NCBI GenBank assembly: GCA_964438995.1
Contig: CAYTMQ010000006.1
Location: 133,208-197,207 of the forward strand
Direction of reading: 5' to 3'
Length of the DNA: 64,000 bases
Source: an uncultured Chitinophaga sp.
GTDB taxonomy: Bacteria; Bacteroidota; Bacteroidia; NS11-12g; UBA955
The first letter of the stretch is position 1, and each line of letters begins with the position of its first letter. Positions 45,359 to 54,493 of this stretch are shown here, piece by piece. The position numbers and the translations under genes are program-made. Below the pieces are notes generated by a model that saw nothing but the letters and a program-made list of their open reading frames with translations, was not told where the DNA came from and did not search any database.

Positions 45359-46633
45359 ATGATCAGTATAATTGCCTTTATAGTCACCACCGCAGTAGCA
45401 ACCTACTTCTGCGCTAAAAGCGTTTCTAGAATTCGCAAAAATATTTTCCTCGGTAAACCCGAAAATCGCTCTGATAACGCTTCTGAGCGTTGGAAAACCA
45501 TGGCAATGGTGGCTCTAGGTCAGTCGAAAATGACAAAACGACCACTAGCCGCTTTCTTCCATGTCATCGTTTATGTAGGTTTTATATTGATCAATATCGA
45601 AGTTCTTGAAATTATTATTGACGGACTTACTAACTCTCACCGCATATTTGAACCTTTCCTGGGTTCTATTTATGGCGTAGCCATTGGATTCTTCGAAATT
45701 CTAGGTGCTCTCGTTATTATTGCTTGCATAGTTTTCCTTCTTCGCAGAAATACTGGTGCTGTGAAACGATTTATGGGCACTGAAATGAAAGGTTGGCCAG
45801 TTAAAGACGCTAATTTCATCTTATTGATAGAAATCGTTCTGATGTCTGCTTTGTTGATTATGAATGCAGCTGATCAAGATTTCCAATCGAAATATAGTAT
45901 GCCAATCAGCGGCTTCCTTGCGCCGATCTTTAGTGGAATGGAAGCTCACGCCGCTCATATCGTTGTAGAAGTGTGTTGGTGGTTCCATTGGATTGGCATT
46001 TTGTTTTTTGTTAATTATATTCCATTTAGCAAGCATTTGCACATCTTTATGGCTTTCCCTAATACATATTACAGCAATCTCGAGCCTAAAGGCAAGATAG
46101 CAAATATGGCAAGTGTTACTACCGAAGTCAACTTAATGCTAGACCCTAATGCCGTTCCTCCTGAAGGCTATACACCACCTGAAGGATTTGGTGCTAAAGA
46201 CGTTGTCGACCTGTCATGGAAGAACCTTATGGATGCCTATTCTTGTACAGAGTGCGGTAGATGCACCAGCGTGTGTCCAGCCAATATAACAGGTAAATTG
46301 TTGTCGCCTCGCAAAGTGATGATGGATACGCGCGACCGACTTGAAGAACTTGGCGAATACAAAGCTAAAAATGGTGCTGACGTTCACGATGGCAAAACAT
46401 TGCACGAACGTACTACGGCTGAAGAATTATGGGCTTGTACTACTTGTAATGCTTGTGCTGAAGCTTGTCCTGTAAACATCAGTCCGGTAGACATCATCAT
46501 GCAAATGCGCCAATACCAAGTCATGGAACAGAGTTCAGCGCCATCTGAATTGAATGGTATGTTGACGAATTTAGAGAACAATGGAGCGCCTTGGCAGTTT
46601 TCTCAAAGCGACAGAGCAAATTGGACCATGTAA
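45359..46633 (+). CDS. membrane-bound (Fe-S)-binding protein (two 4Fe-4S ferredoxin-type motifs, HdrC/GlpC-like)
   Basis: About 5 TM helices, then CTECGRCTSVCP and CTTCNACAEACP. ATG 45359 (MISIIAFIV...) is preferred over TTG 45341. Confidence 0.8.
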   Translation: MISIIAFIVTTAVATYFCAKSVSRIRKNIFLGKPENRSDNASERWKTMAMVALGQSKMTKRPLAAFFHVIVYVGFILINIEVLEIIIDGLTNSHRIFEPFLGSIYGVAIGFFEILGALVIIACIVFLLRRNTGAVKRFMGTEMKGWPVKDANFILLIEIVLMSALLIMNAADQDFQSKYSMPISGFLAPIFSGMEAHAAHIVVEVCWWFHWIGILFFVNYIPFSKHLHIFMAFPNTYYSNLEPKGKIANMASVTTEVNLMLDPNAVPPEGYTPPEGFGAKDVVDLSWKNLMDAYSCTECGRCTSVCPANITGKLLSPRKVMMDTRDRLEELGEYKAKNGADVHDGKTLHERTTAEELWACTTCNACAEACPVNISPVDIIMQMRQYQVMEQSSAPSELNGMLTNLENNGAPWQFSQSDRANWTM

Positions 46634-47130
46634 TGCGTTTCTGCATTTTCTTTCTTTCTATCACTCTTTTAACAGCTTGTTCCAATACATCAAAGTCTGA
46701 TGTGAACAAGGTGAACACGGATTCAATTTCTAAAATGGATTCATCTACTAATTCAGATACTACAGGTTGGACTGTATATTCTCCCAATAGTGCTGAGGCT
46801 ATGCTGATGGAGTTTTATAGAACATATATTCAATTAAATAACACTACACCTCCTAATTTTGATCAAATCGACCCATGGGTCAATCAACATTGTACGGATG
46901 CATACATTCAATATTTGGATACAGCCGAATTAGATTTCGATCCCTTTATTAATGCGCAAGACCTATCTGAGGCATGGGCAAGTAACATAAAAATTATTAA
47001 GTCAGAAACCCATTCCAATCAATACACCATCATTTTAAACGACCCAAGCAATGACAATGCAACATCTATGATTGTTGTAGAAGTCAAGTTGGTTGACGGT
47101 CAGTACAAAATTTCAAATATTCTAAATTAG
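46633..47130 (+). CDS. lipoprotein, DUF3828-like
   Basis: The start at ATG 46633 gives MRFCIFFLSITLLTACS (lipobox LTAC) and overlaps the upstream stop codon by 1 nt. FYRTYIQ...DPFINAQD resembles DUF3828/YbjP-like proteins (tentative). The track start at 46591 would overlap the upstream gene by 43 nt. Confidence 0.55.
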   Translation: MRFCIFFLSITLLTACSNTSKSDVNKVNTDSISKMDSSTNSDTTGWTVYSPNSAEAMLMEFYRTYIQLNNTTPPNFDQIDPWVNQHCTDAYIQYLDTAELDFDPFINAQDLSEAWASNIKIIKSETHSNQYTIILNDPSNDNATSMIVVEVKLVDGQYKISNILN

Positions 47131-47368
47131 CATCAACCATTTTTAAGTAATTTTTGAATTACTAGTCAAATTTTTTATTTGCTAATATTTTCTCAAACGT
47201 ATTCTAAAAAAAGATAGTTTGTGTTTAGTCCTGAATTTAAGGCTATTCGAGGCGTTTGGTGATTTTTACGACGATTATTTGATGCCGTGGTATTTAGGTT
47301 TGTAGAACATTTGATTTGAAACAATTGAATGCCGATTTGCCAATAAACTAAATAATGTTATATAAATT

Positions 47369-48124
47369 ATGATGAAATTAAGAAGAACTCTAAAAGCTAT
47401 CGTTATCGATGGAGATGAGCGAAGCAATTCAGCCTTTAAGAAGATGTGTGAAAATTATTTTTCACGGGACATTGAGATTATTGAATGTTTTACAACTGCT
47501 AACAAAGCCATTCGAGTCATGCGCACTTTGGATATCGAATTGGATGTCATTTTTATTGAAAGTCAGTTCTCAAGTATCAGTGTTTTAAATTTTATCGCTT
47601 CCAAACCATTTGGTGAATATGCGAAATTTGTCTTTTTAAGTAAAGATGATAAGCATGTGCTTCAAGCCATCAGGTTGGGTGTGTTTGATTATTTGAAGAA
47701 GCCTTGCAGAGTAAGAGATTTTAGACTATTTATAGGCAGATTGTCTGAATATTTTAGAGATAAAATATATGAATTAGATGAGAAGGTTAAAGACAATATC
47801 TTGCTTGTCAATGGCCATGACAAAGCACTATTTCTAGATGTATGTGAGATTCTGAGAATAGAAGCCAATGGGTCTTACACTGATATATACCTCGAGAAAG
47901 GTGGTAAAGTGAGTTCCAGTAAAAGTTTGTCTTTTTATCAAAGCTTGTTAGAAAGTCATCAGTTTTTTAAAGTTCATAGGAGCCATTTAGTCAATATCAA
48001 TAAAGTTAAAGAATTAGTGAAATATGATGGAGAAGGAGTATTGGTGCTAAATGATCACAGTAAAATAGTTATTTCTAAAGGCAAGAAAAATGAGTTTTTA
48101 AGGTCGTTTACTAAGCAAGCTTAA
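47369..48124 (+). CDS. orphan LytTR-family regulator with an atypical receiver domain (Glu in place of the phospho-acceptor Asp)
   Basis: 251 aa. The receiver-like domain has IVIDGDE, VIFIESQFSS (canonical position is ..D.. as in LIFCDIHMP of the 28054 regulator), FVFLSKDD and DYLKKP. The LytTR domain has KVHRSHLVNINKV. Confidence 0.8.
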   Translation: MMKLRRTLKAIVIDGDERSNSAFKKMCENYFSRDIEIIECFTTANKAIRVMRTLDIELDVIFIESQFSSISVLNFIASKPFGEYAKFVFLSKDDKHVLQAIRLGVFDYLKKPCRVRDFRLFIGRLSEYFRDKIYELDEKVKDNILLVNGHDKALFLDVCEILRIEANGSYTDIYLEKGGKVSSSKSLSFYQSLLESHQFFKVHRSHLVNINKVKELVKYDGEGVLVLNDHSKIVISKGKKNEFLRSFTKQA

Positions 48125-48198
48125 AGAAAATTAAGTGATAGTAGTCATAGTAATGATATTTGTGTTTGAAATAATTAGCAAAACAATTAAGTTTGTTT

Positions 48199-48816
48199 AT
48201 GAAGTCCAAAGTTTTACTACTGTTGTTGCTTGCCATAATGGTTGATGTTAATGCTGCAAAAAAACTAGGATACATCTCTTTTGCCGTAAACAATTTTGTA
48301 ACCGCTAAGCCAATTTCTGGGTTCCCAAAATTATTTTATTCTCAGTTCCATCCTGGAATTACTGTATCAACAGGATTCAATTGGAAAGTAAAGGATAAAC
48401 ACAATTGGTCGCAATCCTTTAAATTCAGTTGCTTTAACCATCGTTATGTTCAAACCTCTCTTTTGTTGTATACCGAAATTGGTTACAGATACAAATGGAA
48501 ATCATTGGGATTTACTGCTGCACTAGGCGGTGGTTATTTGCACATGATTCCTGGTGAAGAGCAATTTAAAAAAGATGAAAATGGCAATTGGGAGCGTGTT
48601 AAATTGAGATCTCGACCGCAAGGTATGTTTAGCTTATCTCTTGGAATAGATAGAAGTATTGGAGAAAAAGGACATAAGATTTTTGTCCGTTATCAAAATG
48701 TACTGCAAACACCATTTATCACTGGCTATGTACCAATACTTCCTTATAATGTTTTGCATTTAGGGTATTCAATTCCATTAAACAAAAAGAAAGGAGGTAA
48801 TGATGCTAAAAAATAA
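48199..48816 (+). CDS. small secreted protein, outer-membrane beta-barrel-like; no family recognised
   Basis: ATG 48199 gives the signal peptide MKSKVLLLLLLAIMVDVNA. Alternating aromatic/hydrophobic strands (ITVSTGFNW, LLLYTEIGYRYKW, FTAALGGGYLHM, MFSLSLGI, HKIFVRYQN, VLHLGYSI). Confidence 0.5.
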   Translation: MKSKVLLLLLLAIMVDVNAAKKLGYISFAVNNFVTAKPISGFPKLFYSQFHPGITVSTGFNWKVKDKHNWSQSFKFSCFNHRYVQTSLLLYTEIGYRYKWKSLGFTAALGGGYLHMIPGEEQFKKDENGNWERVKLRSRPQGMFSLSLGIDRSIGEKGHKIFVRYQNVLQTPFITGYVPILPYNVLHLGYSIPLNKKKGGNDAKK

Positions 48817-49996
48817 TGTATACAGTTTGTTGTTGGGTGCTTTGATGGTGATTGCTTTCAACTCATGCAAGAAGTCAATGGTTGAAAAGTCAGAATCTTG
48901 CAATGCTAATTTTGCAGATAGTAGTTACAAACATCCCAAACGTGCCATTTATCAAGCAATTCTTGAGAAATACAAGAAAAAGGGATTGCCGGGTATAGCA
49001 GTGGTTTTAGAAGATGAAGATGGTGTTTGGATAGGCAGTATCGGTAAAGCAGATATCAAAGCAGATGTTGATTTTAAGCCTTGCACAGTGTCTAAAGTTG
49101 CCAGTATCACAAAAATGATGTTTGCTACTGCCGTCTTTCAATTGGTTGAACAAGGTAAAGTCAATTTAGATGAAAAAGTTTCTCAGTTCATCGATGCAGA
49201 CATCATTAAACATGTTAAGAATTCTGAACATGCTACTCTTAGAGATTTGTTAAGACACAGCACTGGCATTTATGACATCATTGACGATGGTGATTTTTAC
49301 CTTGCGGTTTTAAACAACCCGAATAAAAAGTGGTCAGCAGAAGAACTTATTAAGTTTGCATATGATAGACCTGCTGTGATGGATTATGTATCTCCACCAT
49401 CAAAAGGTTCATACAGCAATACCAATACACTTTTGTTAACGATGTGCATCGAAAAGATTACAGGTCAACCGCACGAGAAGTGGATGAACGAGCTTGTGAT
49501 CAATAAAGCGGGTCTGACCAATACGATTTATCATTCGCATGCCAATTTGCCTACAAGTGTAGCCCAAGGATATTACGATTTGTACAACAATGGAAGTATC
49601 GTAAATGTGTCTAATTTGATTACTGGAAATGGTCATGGATATAATGGAATTTATAGTAATGTGATAGATTTGCATAAGTTTATGAAAGCTTTGTTTATCG
49701 ATAAAACTTTGGTTAGTCAAGCTTCATTAGATGCAATGCAAACATTTATTGCAGATGATGAAAATGGCAACTTAGGTGTAGGATTGTTGCAGCAATATAA
49801 AAAGATATTTCCAAATGATATGGGTATAGGTCATAGCGGCAGAGAATTGGGATACACTGGAGATGCGCATTATTTTCCGACTAAAAACAATAGGATGTTC
49901 ATCAATCTGGTGAACTATGGAACCAATGGAAATACCCCACTGAGACAGGTATTTTATGATATGAGAGATGAATTTGTAACAGAGTTATTGAAATGA
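48800..49996 (+). CDS. serine hydrolase (beta-lactamase/DD-peptidase class C-related) lipoprotein
   Basis: 398 aa. Lipobox-like VIAFNSC; VASITKMM (SxxK), YSNTN (YxN), HSGRELGY (HxG-type third motif). Overlaps the previous gene by 17 nt. Confidence 0.8.
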   Translation: MMLKNNVYSLLLGALMVIAFNSCKKSMVEKSESCNANFADSSYKHPKRAIYQAILEKYKKKGLPGIAVVLEDEDGVWIGSIGKADIKADVDFKPCTVSKVASITKMMFATAVFQLVEQGKVNLDEKVSQFIDADIIKHVKNSEHATLRDLLRHSTGIYDIIDDGDFYLAVLNNPNKKWSAEELIKFAYDRPAVMDYVSPPSKGSYSNTNTLLLTMCIEKITGQPHEKWMNELVINKAGLTNTIYHSHANLPTSVAQGYYDLYNNGSIVNVSNLITGNGHGYNGIYSNVIDLHKFMKALFIDKTLVSQASLDAMQTFIADDENGNLGVGLLQQYKKIFPNDMGIGHSGRELGYTGDAHYFPTKNNRMFINLVNYGTNGNTPLRQVFYDMRDEFVTELLK

Positions 49997-50940
49997 TAAA
50001 GTATTCGCTTGACATGGATGTACAGAGGGCAAAAACCCTTGTCAATTATCATTCAAAATTGGTAATGGCTGGCTCTTGTTTTTCTGAGCATATGTATAAA
50101 AGATTGTCTGATTTGATGATAGATGTTGAAGCTTTAACCAATGGTATCGTATTCAATCCAATTAGTGTTTTAGAGCCTTTTAAACGCATTTGCGATGGTC
50201 GCGATTTCAATGAAGATGATTTAGTGTTTCATAATCATATGTGGCATGGATTGTATCATCACGGTAGTTTTTCTGGAACAATTGTGTCTGACGTGCTCAA
50301 GAAGATGAATCATCACCTTTCAGAATTGAAATCCGCATTGGAGCAAACGACACATATATTCCTAACATTTGGTACTTCTTATGTGTATGAATTGAAATCC
50401 ACTTCCATTGTAGTGGCAAATTGCCACAAAATGCCCTCTGAGATGTTTTCTAAGCGACTATTAGGTCTGAAGGACATGGTTGATGGTGTCAATGAGATTT
50501 GCGGCATCTTGCATAGTAAATATCCGAAGATTAAAATTGTCTTAACGGTTTCACCAGTCAAACATTTGAGAGATGGTGTAAGTAACAATTTGTTAAGTAA
50601 ATCTCAATTGATTCAAATGTGTCATCAATTGGCTGGTGATTGTGATTATATAGATTATTTTCCAGCTTACGAATTGGTCAATGAAGATTTACGAGACTAT
50701 AGGTTTTTTGAATCAGATGGAGCACATCCAAATGCAATGGCCATAGATTATGTATTTGATAAGTTTGTAGAGGCTTCATGTGATGATGTTAGTAAAACTT
50801 ACATCAAAGACATGTCAGAATTCAATAGATTAAAATCTCATAAAATCATCCATGCTGATGGTGAAGATTACATCAAATTCATGAACCATTTAGAGGAGAA
50901 AAGAAGGGTGTTATCAGAAAAATATTCTATAGAATTGTAA
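49993..50940 (+). CDS. GSCFA family protein
   Basis: 315 aa. VMAGSCFSEHM (the name-giving GSCF motif), FLTFGTSYVY, VSPVKHLRDG, DGAHPN. ATGA overlap with the hydrolase gene. Confidence 0.8.
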   Translation: MIKYSLDMDVQRAKTLVNYHSKLVMAGSCFSEHMYKRLSDLMIDVEALTNGIVFNPISVLEPFKRICDGRDFNEDDLVFHNHMWHGLYHHGSFSGTIVSDVLKKMNHHLSELKSALEQTTHIFLTFGTSYVYELKSTSIVVANCHKMPSEMFSKRLLGLKDMVDGVNEICGILHSKYPKIKIVLTVSPVKHLRDGVSNNLLSKSQLIQMCHQLAGDCDYIDYFPAYELVNEDLRDYRFFESDGAHPNAMAIDYVFDKFVEASCDDVSKTYIKDMSEFNRLKSHKIIHADGEDYIKFMNHLEEKRRVLSEKYSIEL

Positions 50941-50941
50941 G

Positions 50942-51859
50942 TTACAACAAATCGAAGCTAAAAGTTTGTTTCACCTCTTCGCCTTCTTTTAATTCTACTT
51001 TATATTTACCTTTTTTATAGGCTGGACTCTGAGTATAGTTTATTTTGAACTTCTGTTGAGTGCCATTAAACGTCACACTTTGTTTGATGGTATACACGTC
51101 GTCTGAGTTACTTAATTTGCTGTTGGTGTTGCTTAGTACAATGCCATCTGGATCTATCACTCTAACAATGTATTCTTTGTTAACAGCTTTTTCAGTCAGT
51201 TTGTTCGTCATAACATCAAAAGAAATTTGAAGTCTTTCAACTTTCTTAGCTTTATAAATTGGAATATAAACACCTTTTTTCTGATATGTAGGTGTTACAT
51301 TGACTGGTCCGACACTAGGTTGAGCGGCGACATCCACCTTTTCAGTTAAATTCTTTTTTGTAGATTCGAGCGAAGCAATTTGTTCTTGTTGAGCAAGCAT
51401 TTTGGCTTTATAGTCTTCATTTTCAGCAAATAAATTCTGCAATTGGTTTTTAAAGACATTGTTGGCTTCGGCAAGACGGCTTAAGCTATCTTTAAGAGCT
51501 CTTAGTTTAGATGGAGAACCACCAGATGCAATCATGCCTCTTAAAGAGCGAAGTTTGGCTTCTTTTTCTTCTATCAGTTGTTTTAAACTGTCGTTTTCAT
51601 TTTGATACAAAGACAATTCAGTTCTAAGATTAAAGACTTTCAATTCTTCTTCATTGATGGCTTTGTACAAGCTATCTTTCAATAAACTCAAAGCGTTTAA
51701 TGAATCTACTTTTGCAGTAGCGGTTGCAGTTGCTTTTTGTTCTTTATCCCAGAAAAAGTAATTAGAACCTAGAGATCCTAAAAAAAGTACAGTTAAAATA
51801 GCAATTAAGGCGCCTCTGCCTTTACTTTTCTTAGGGGCTTCAATTGTTTGCTCTTCCAT
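50942..51859 (-). CDS. membrane-anchored coiled-coil protein with a beta-rich C-terminal domain; function unknown
   Basis: 305 aa. N-terminal TM (ALIAILTVLFLGSLGS), about 140 aa of heptad-like coiled coil, then a C-terminal ~120 aa beta-strand-rich domain. Confidence 0.6.
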   Translation of the reverse strand: MEEQTIEAPKKSKGRGALIAILTVLFLGSLGSNYFFWDKEQKATATATAKVDSLNALSLLKDSLYKAINEEELKVFNLRTELSLYQNENDSLKQLIEEKEAKLRSLRGMIASGGSPSKLRALKDSLSRLAEANNVFKNQLQNLFAENEDYKAKMLAQQEQIASLESTKKNLTEKVDVAAQPSVGPVNVTPTYQKKGVYIPIYKAKKVERLQISFDVMTNKLTEKAVNKEYIVRVIDPDGIVLSNTNSKLSNSDDVYTIKQSVTFNGTQQKFKINYTQSPAYKKGKYKVELKEGEEVKQTFSFDLL

Positions 51860-51860
51860 T

Positions 51861-53174
51861 TTAAATCTTGTTATTTTGTAGCAAATTTAGTAATTCTTCA
51901 GGACTTATTTTCAATTGTTTTATCTTCAAACGTCTTTCTGTCAGTAATCCAAAGGGATATTTTTCTAGAAACAAGGATTCATTGATTTTTTGGGTCGAAA
52001 GGCCAATGTTCCAATTGATGTTGTTTCTAAATATAAATGCTCTAATTTCTTTTGGTGTTTCGCCATAGTTAAGTGTCAATAGGTTGATTTTGTCACTGTA
52101 TTTTTGAGCTATGATTCTTAAAGCTTGGGTATCTCTACTAAAACTGTCTTGTTGGAAATTCCAGATATAGATGTAGGTTGGTTTTTTTCTGTATTTTTTA
52201 ATGGATACTGTCTTTTGTTCTTTGTCTGTTGTTTTAAATTTAAACTTTTTGACTTTCTTTCCAACCACCAAAGTGTTTTTAAGTTTGGCACCAACTTCTT
52301 CTTGAATGACAACATAATTGCCAATGGCACTTATTTCATTGATGTTGTATTTTTTGCCGTTTCTCTCGAATCCAAATTTGCCAAGTTTAGATTCTATAGG
52401 CGTTTTGTTGTCTGGCATTACAGAGGTTTTGTAGTCGCCAATTATGATATAATCTGTTAGTTCATTATAAATGCCATTGCAGTTTACATCTTTAATGGCC
52501 ACTCTAAAACTGTCGTAATCATCTTTGTAGTCTCCGGCTATAATGTTCAATCTTTGTTCTTTGAAACTATAATCTGTGCCTACATATTTTTTGGTTCCAC
52601 TGCTGTTTTCGTAAAAATCGTTCATCAATTTTTTGTATGCTTCATTTGAAGACAAACTAAATCTTGATACATAAACAGAGTAAGTAGCGTTTTTAACATC
52701 AGGATTGTTGAGTGTGATTTCTACATAACCGACATTTTCATCTAAAATAAGGGGAGCACCATCATCACTTAAATCCAAATTGTGGTTTCTGTCCACCCAT
52801 ATGGTTGCTAATGATTTCCATTGTCTTTTGTTATTGGCAACTACAATAAGTGTGTAGCCTGGTAAGGTTGCTCTATTGTTTAATCCGCCAAAATAAATGA
52901 AGCCATAGCAGGTATCTTTGAAACCAGTCATATCGGGTAGTTTGGCGTTGAAATGGCCAAATTCTTTTTTGGTTTCAAGACCATTGTTGATAGGGTCTTC
53001 AAAAGGTTGACCAGTGTATTTGTAAATCGGAATTACCAATTGGGCTTTTTTACTTTTTACATCGTCAACAAAGTTGTTCAATACAATTTTTTGTGGTGGT
53101 GTAGAAGCAAAAGAATGCCTGCTAAAACTTAGCAGGCAAAGCATTAAAAATATGTTTTTTGATAGATTAATCAT
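51861..53174 (-). CDS. secreted protein with a C-terminal thioredoxin-fold (TlpA-like) domain lacking the CxxC motif; function unknown
   Basis: ATG 53174 (MINLSKNIFLMLCLLSFSRHSFA, signal peptide) overlaps the upstream stop by 8 nt. The C-terminus KKPTYIYIWNFQQDSFSRDTQAL...INLLTLNY has the shape of TlpA/ResA proteins, but WNFQQDSF replaces W.(W)C.PC. Confidence 0.55.
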   Translation of the reverse strand: MINLSKNIFLMLCLLSFSRHSFASTPPQKIVLNNFVDDVKSKKAQLVIPIYKYTGQPFEDPINNGLETKKEFGHFNAKLPDMTGFKDTCYGFIYFGGLNNRATLPGYTLIVVANNKRQWKSLATIWVDRNHNLDLSDDGAPLILDENVGYVEITLNNPDVKNATYSVYVSRFSLSSNEAYKKLMNDFYENSSGTKKYVGTDYSFKEQRLNIIAGDYKDDYDSFRVAIKDVNCNGIYNELTDYIIIGDYKTSVMPDNKTPIESKLGKFGFERNGKKYNINEISAIGNYVVIQEEVGAKLKNTLVVGKKVKKFKFKTTDKEQKTVSIKKYRKKPTYIYIWNFQQDSFSRDTQALRIIAQKYSDKINLLTLNYGETPKEIRAFIFRNNINWNIGLSTQKINESLFLEKYPFGLLTERRLKIKQLKISPEELLNLLQNNKI

Positions 53175-53874
53175 CTCTTCTTCCAAGATAAAGGGAAATA
53201 AAGTATAGCAAGTTAGCCAATGCTCCCAATGCAGCTACAACATACGTCATAGCAGCCCATTTTAGAGCATCTTTAGCGCCATCGTATTCCTTTGTTGTGG
53301 CAACACCGCTGCTTTTCATCCAAGCTAGTGCTCTGTTGCTTGCGTCAAATTCTACAGGTAAAGTTATGGCAGCGAATAAAGTTAAGAATACGTTTGCTGC
53401 AATTAATACAAGCAAAATGGTGGTTCCCACAGCATTTCCTTTGTATAACAAGTAACCTGCACCAAACATCATGATCATATTTGCAAAGTTCATGATGGTT
53501 GAACTGATTTGAACAGCTGGTACCAACTTACTTCTTAAGCCAAGCATTGCATAAGCTTCAGCGTGTTGAACTGCGTGTCCACATTCGTGTGCTGCAACAG
53601 CTGCTGCCGCTGCATTTCTTTGATGGTAAACAGATTCACTTAAATTAACTGTTTTGTTAACAGGGTTGTAATGGTCTGTAAGTTCGCCTTCAACATGTGT
53701 GATTTTAACATCGCGAATGCCGTGGTCAGCCAACATTTTAGCTGCTATTTCAGCGCCAGACATGTTGTTGCTTAAGCGCACTTGAGAATAAAATCTAAAT
53801 TTCGATTTAAGTCTGCTGCTCACTAAAGAACTAACAAGCATTAAGACTATACCAATAATTAAATATCCGATCAT
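53167..53874 (-). CDS. zinc metallopeptidase (Zn_peptidase_2 / YpfJ-unrelated membrane HExxH family)
   Basis: 235 aa. N-terminal TM, HECGHAVQH (HExxH), and C-terminal TM helices. Confidence 0.8.
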   Translation of the reverse strand: MIGYLIIGIVLMLVSSLVSSRLKSKFRFYSQVRLSNNMSGAEIAAKMLADHGIRDVKITHVEGELTDHYNPVNKTVNLSESVYHQRNAAAAAVAAHECGHAVQHAEAYAMLGLRSKLVPAVQISSTIMNFANMIMMFGAGYLLYKGNAVGTTILLVLIAANVFLTLFAAITLPVEFDASNRALAWMKSSGVATTKEYDGAKDALKWAAMTYVVAALGALANLLYFISLYLGRRDD

Positions 53875-53883
53875 TTTAATAAT

Positions 53884-54099
53884 TTATTTTAATATTTTAA
53901 TAATGACAATGATGATGCCTATTAAAAACATAAAGATAGAAATTCGATTAATACCATGCATCAATCGAAGATTGAGGTTGCTGCCTTGCTTTTTGGCATT
54001 ATCTCTGTCAATAATGTCAGTATCATCTACTGAAATATTGTCATTGTTGTATTCAGGTTGTTTCTGAAAAGTTAAGTAACTCCAAATTTTTTTAAACAT
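53884..54099 (-). CDS. small C-terminally TM-anchored protein, function unknown
   Basis: 71 aa with a single C-terminal TM (ISIFMFLIGIIIVIIKIL). Tightly packed between the SPOR gene and the peptidase gene. Confidence 0.45.
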   Translation of the reverse strand: MFKKIWSYLTFQKQPEYNNDNISVDDTDIIDRDNAKKQGSNLNLRLMHGINRISIFMFLIGIIIVIIKILK

Positions 54100-54105
54100 G
54101 ATTTT

Positions 54106-54489
54106 TTAATCTAAAGGTGGAAATGCTATTTTCTCATTTACAACAATAGCTGTTGGGAACTTGCCTTTAATTGCATCATACAATTTCATGCATTCAAATT
54201 TTGAAGCAAATAATCCAACGTATACTTTAAAATTAGGTTCATCCCAAACCACTTCGCTATAATCTGAAAATTCAGTAGAGAATTTGGCTTTGATGGATTC
54301 GGCTTTAGAACGGCTGTCGCCATTGTAAATCAAAATATGGTAGCCATCCGTTTTGGAGTCTGGGTTTTTTCTGGTTGCAGTTCTTGATGCCACCAATCCA
54401 TCCAAACCTGCTGGCTTAGTCACTTTGATTTGTGCATCAGCACTTAAAGCAAATAATCCAACAAACGATAAACTTAAAATATACTTCAT
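54106..54489 (-). CDS. SPOR domain-containing protein
   Basis: 127 aa. Signal peptide; GYHILIYNGDSRSKAESIKAKF...FKVYVGLFASKFECMKLYDAIK fits the SPOR beta-alpha-beta-beta repeat pattern. Confidence 0.65.
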   Translation of the reverse strand: MKYILSLSFVGLFALSADAQIKVTKPAGLDGLVASRTATRKNPDSKTDGYHILIYNGDSRSKAESIKAKFSTEFSDYSEVVWDEPNFKVYVGLFASKFECMKLYDAIKGKFPTAIVVNEKIAFPPLD

Positions 54490-54493
54490 TGTG

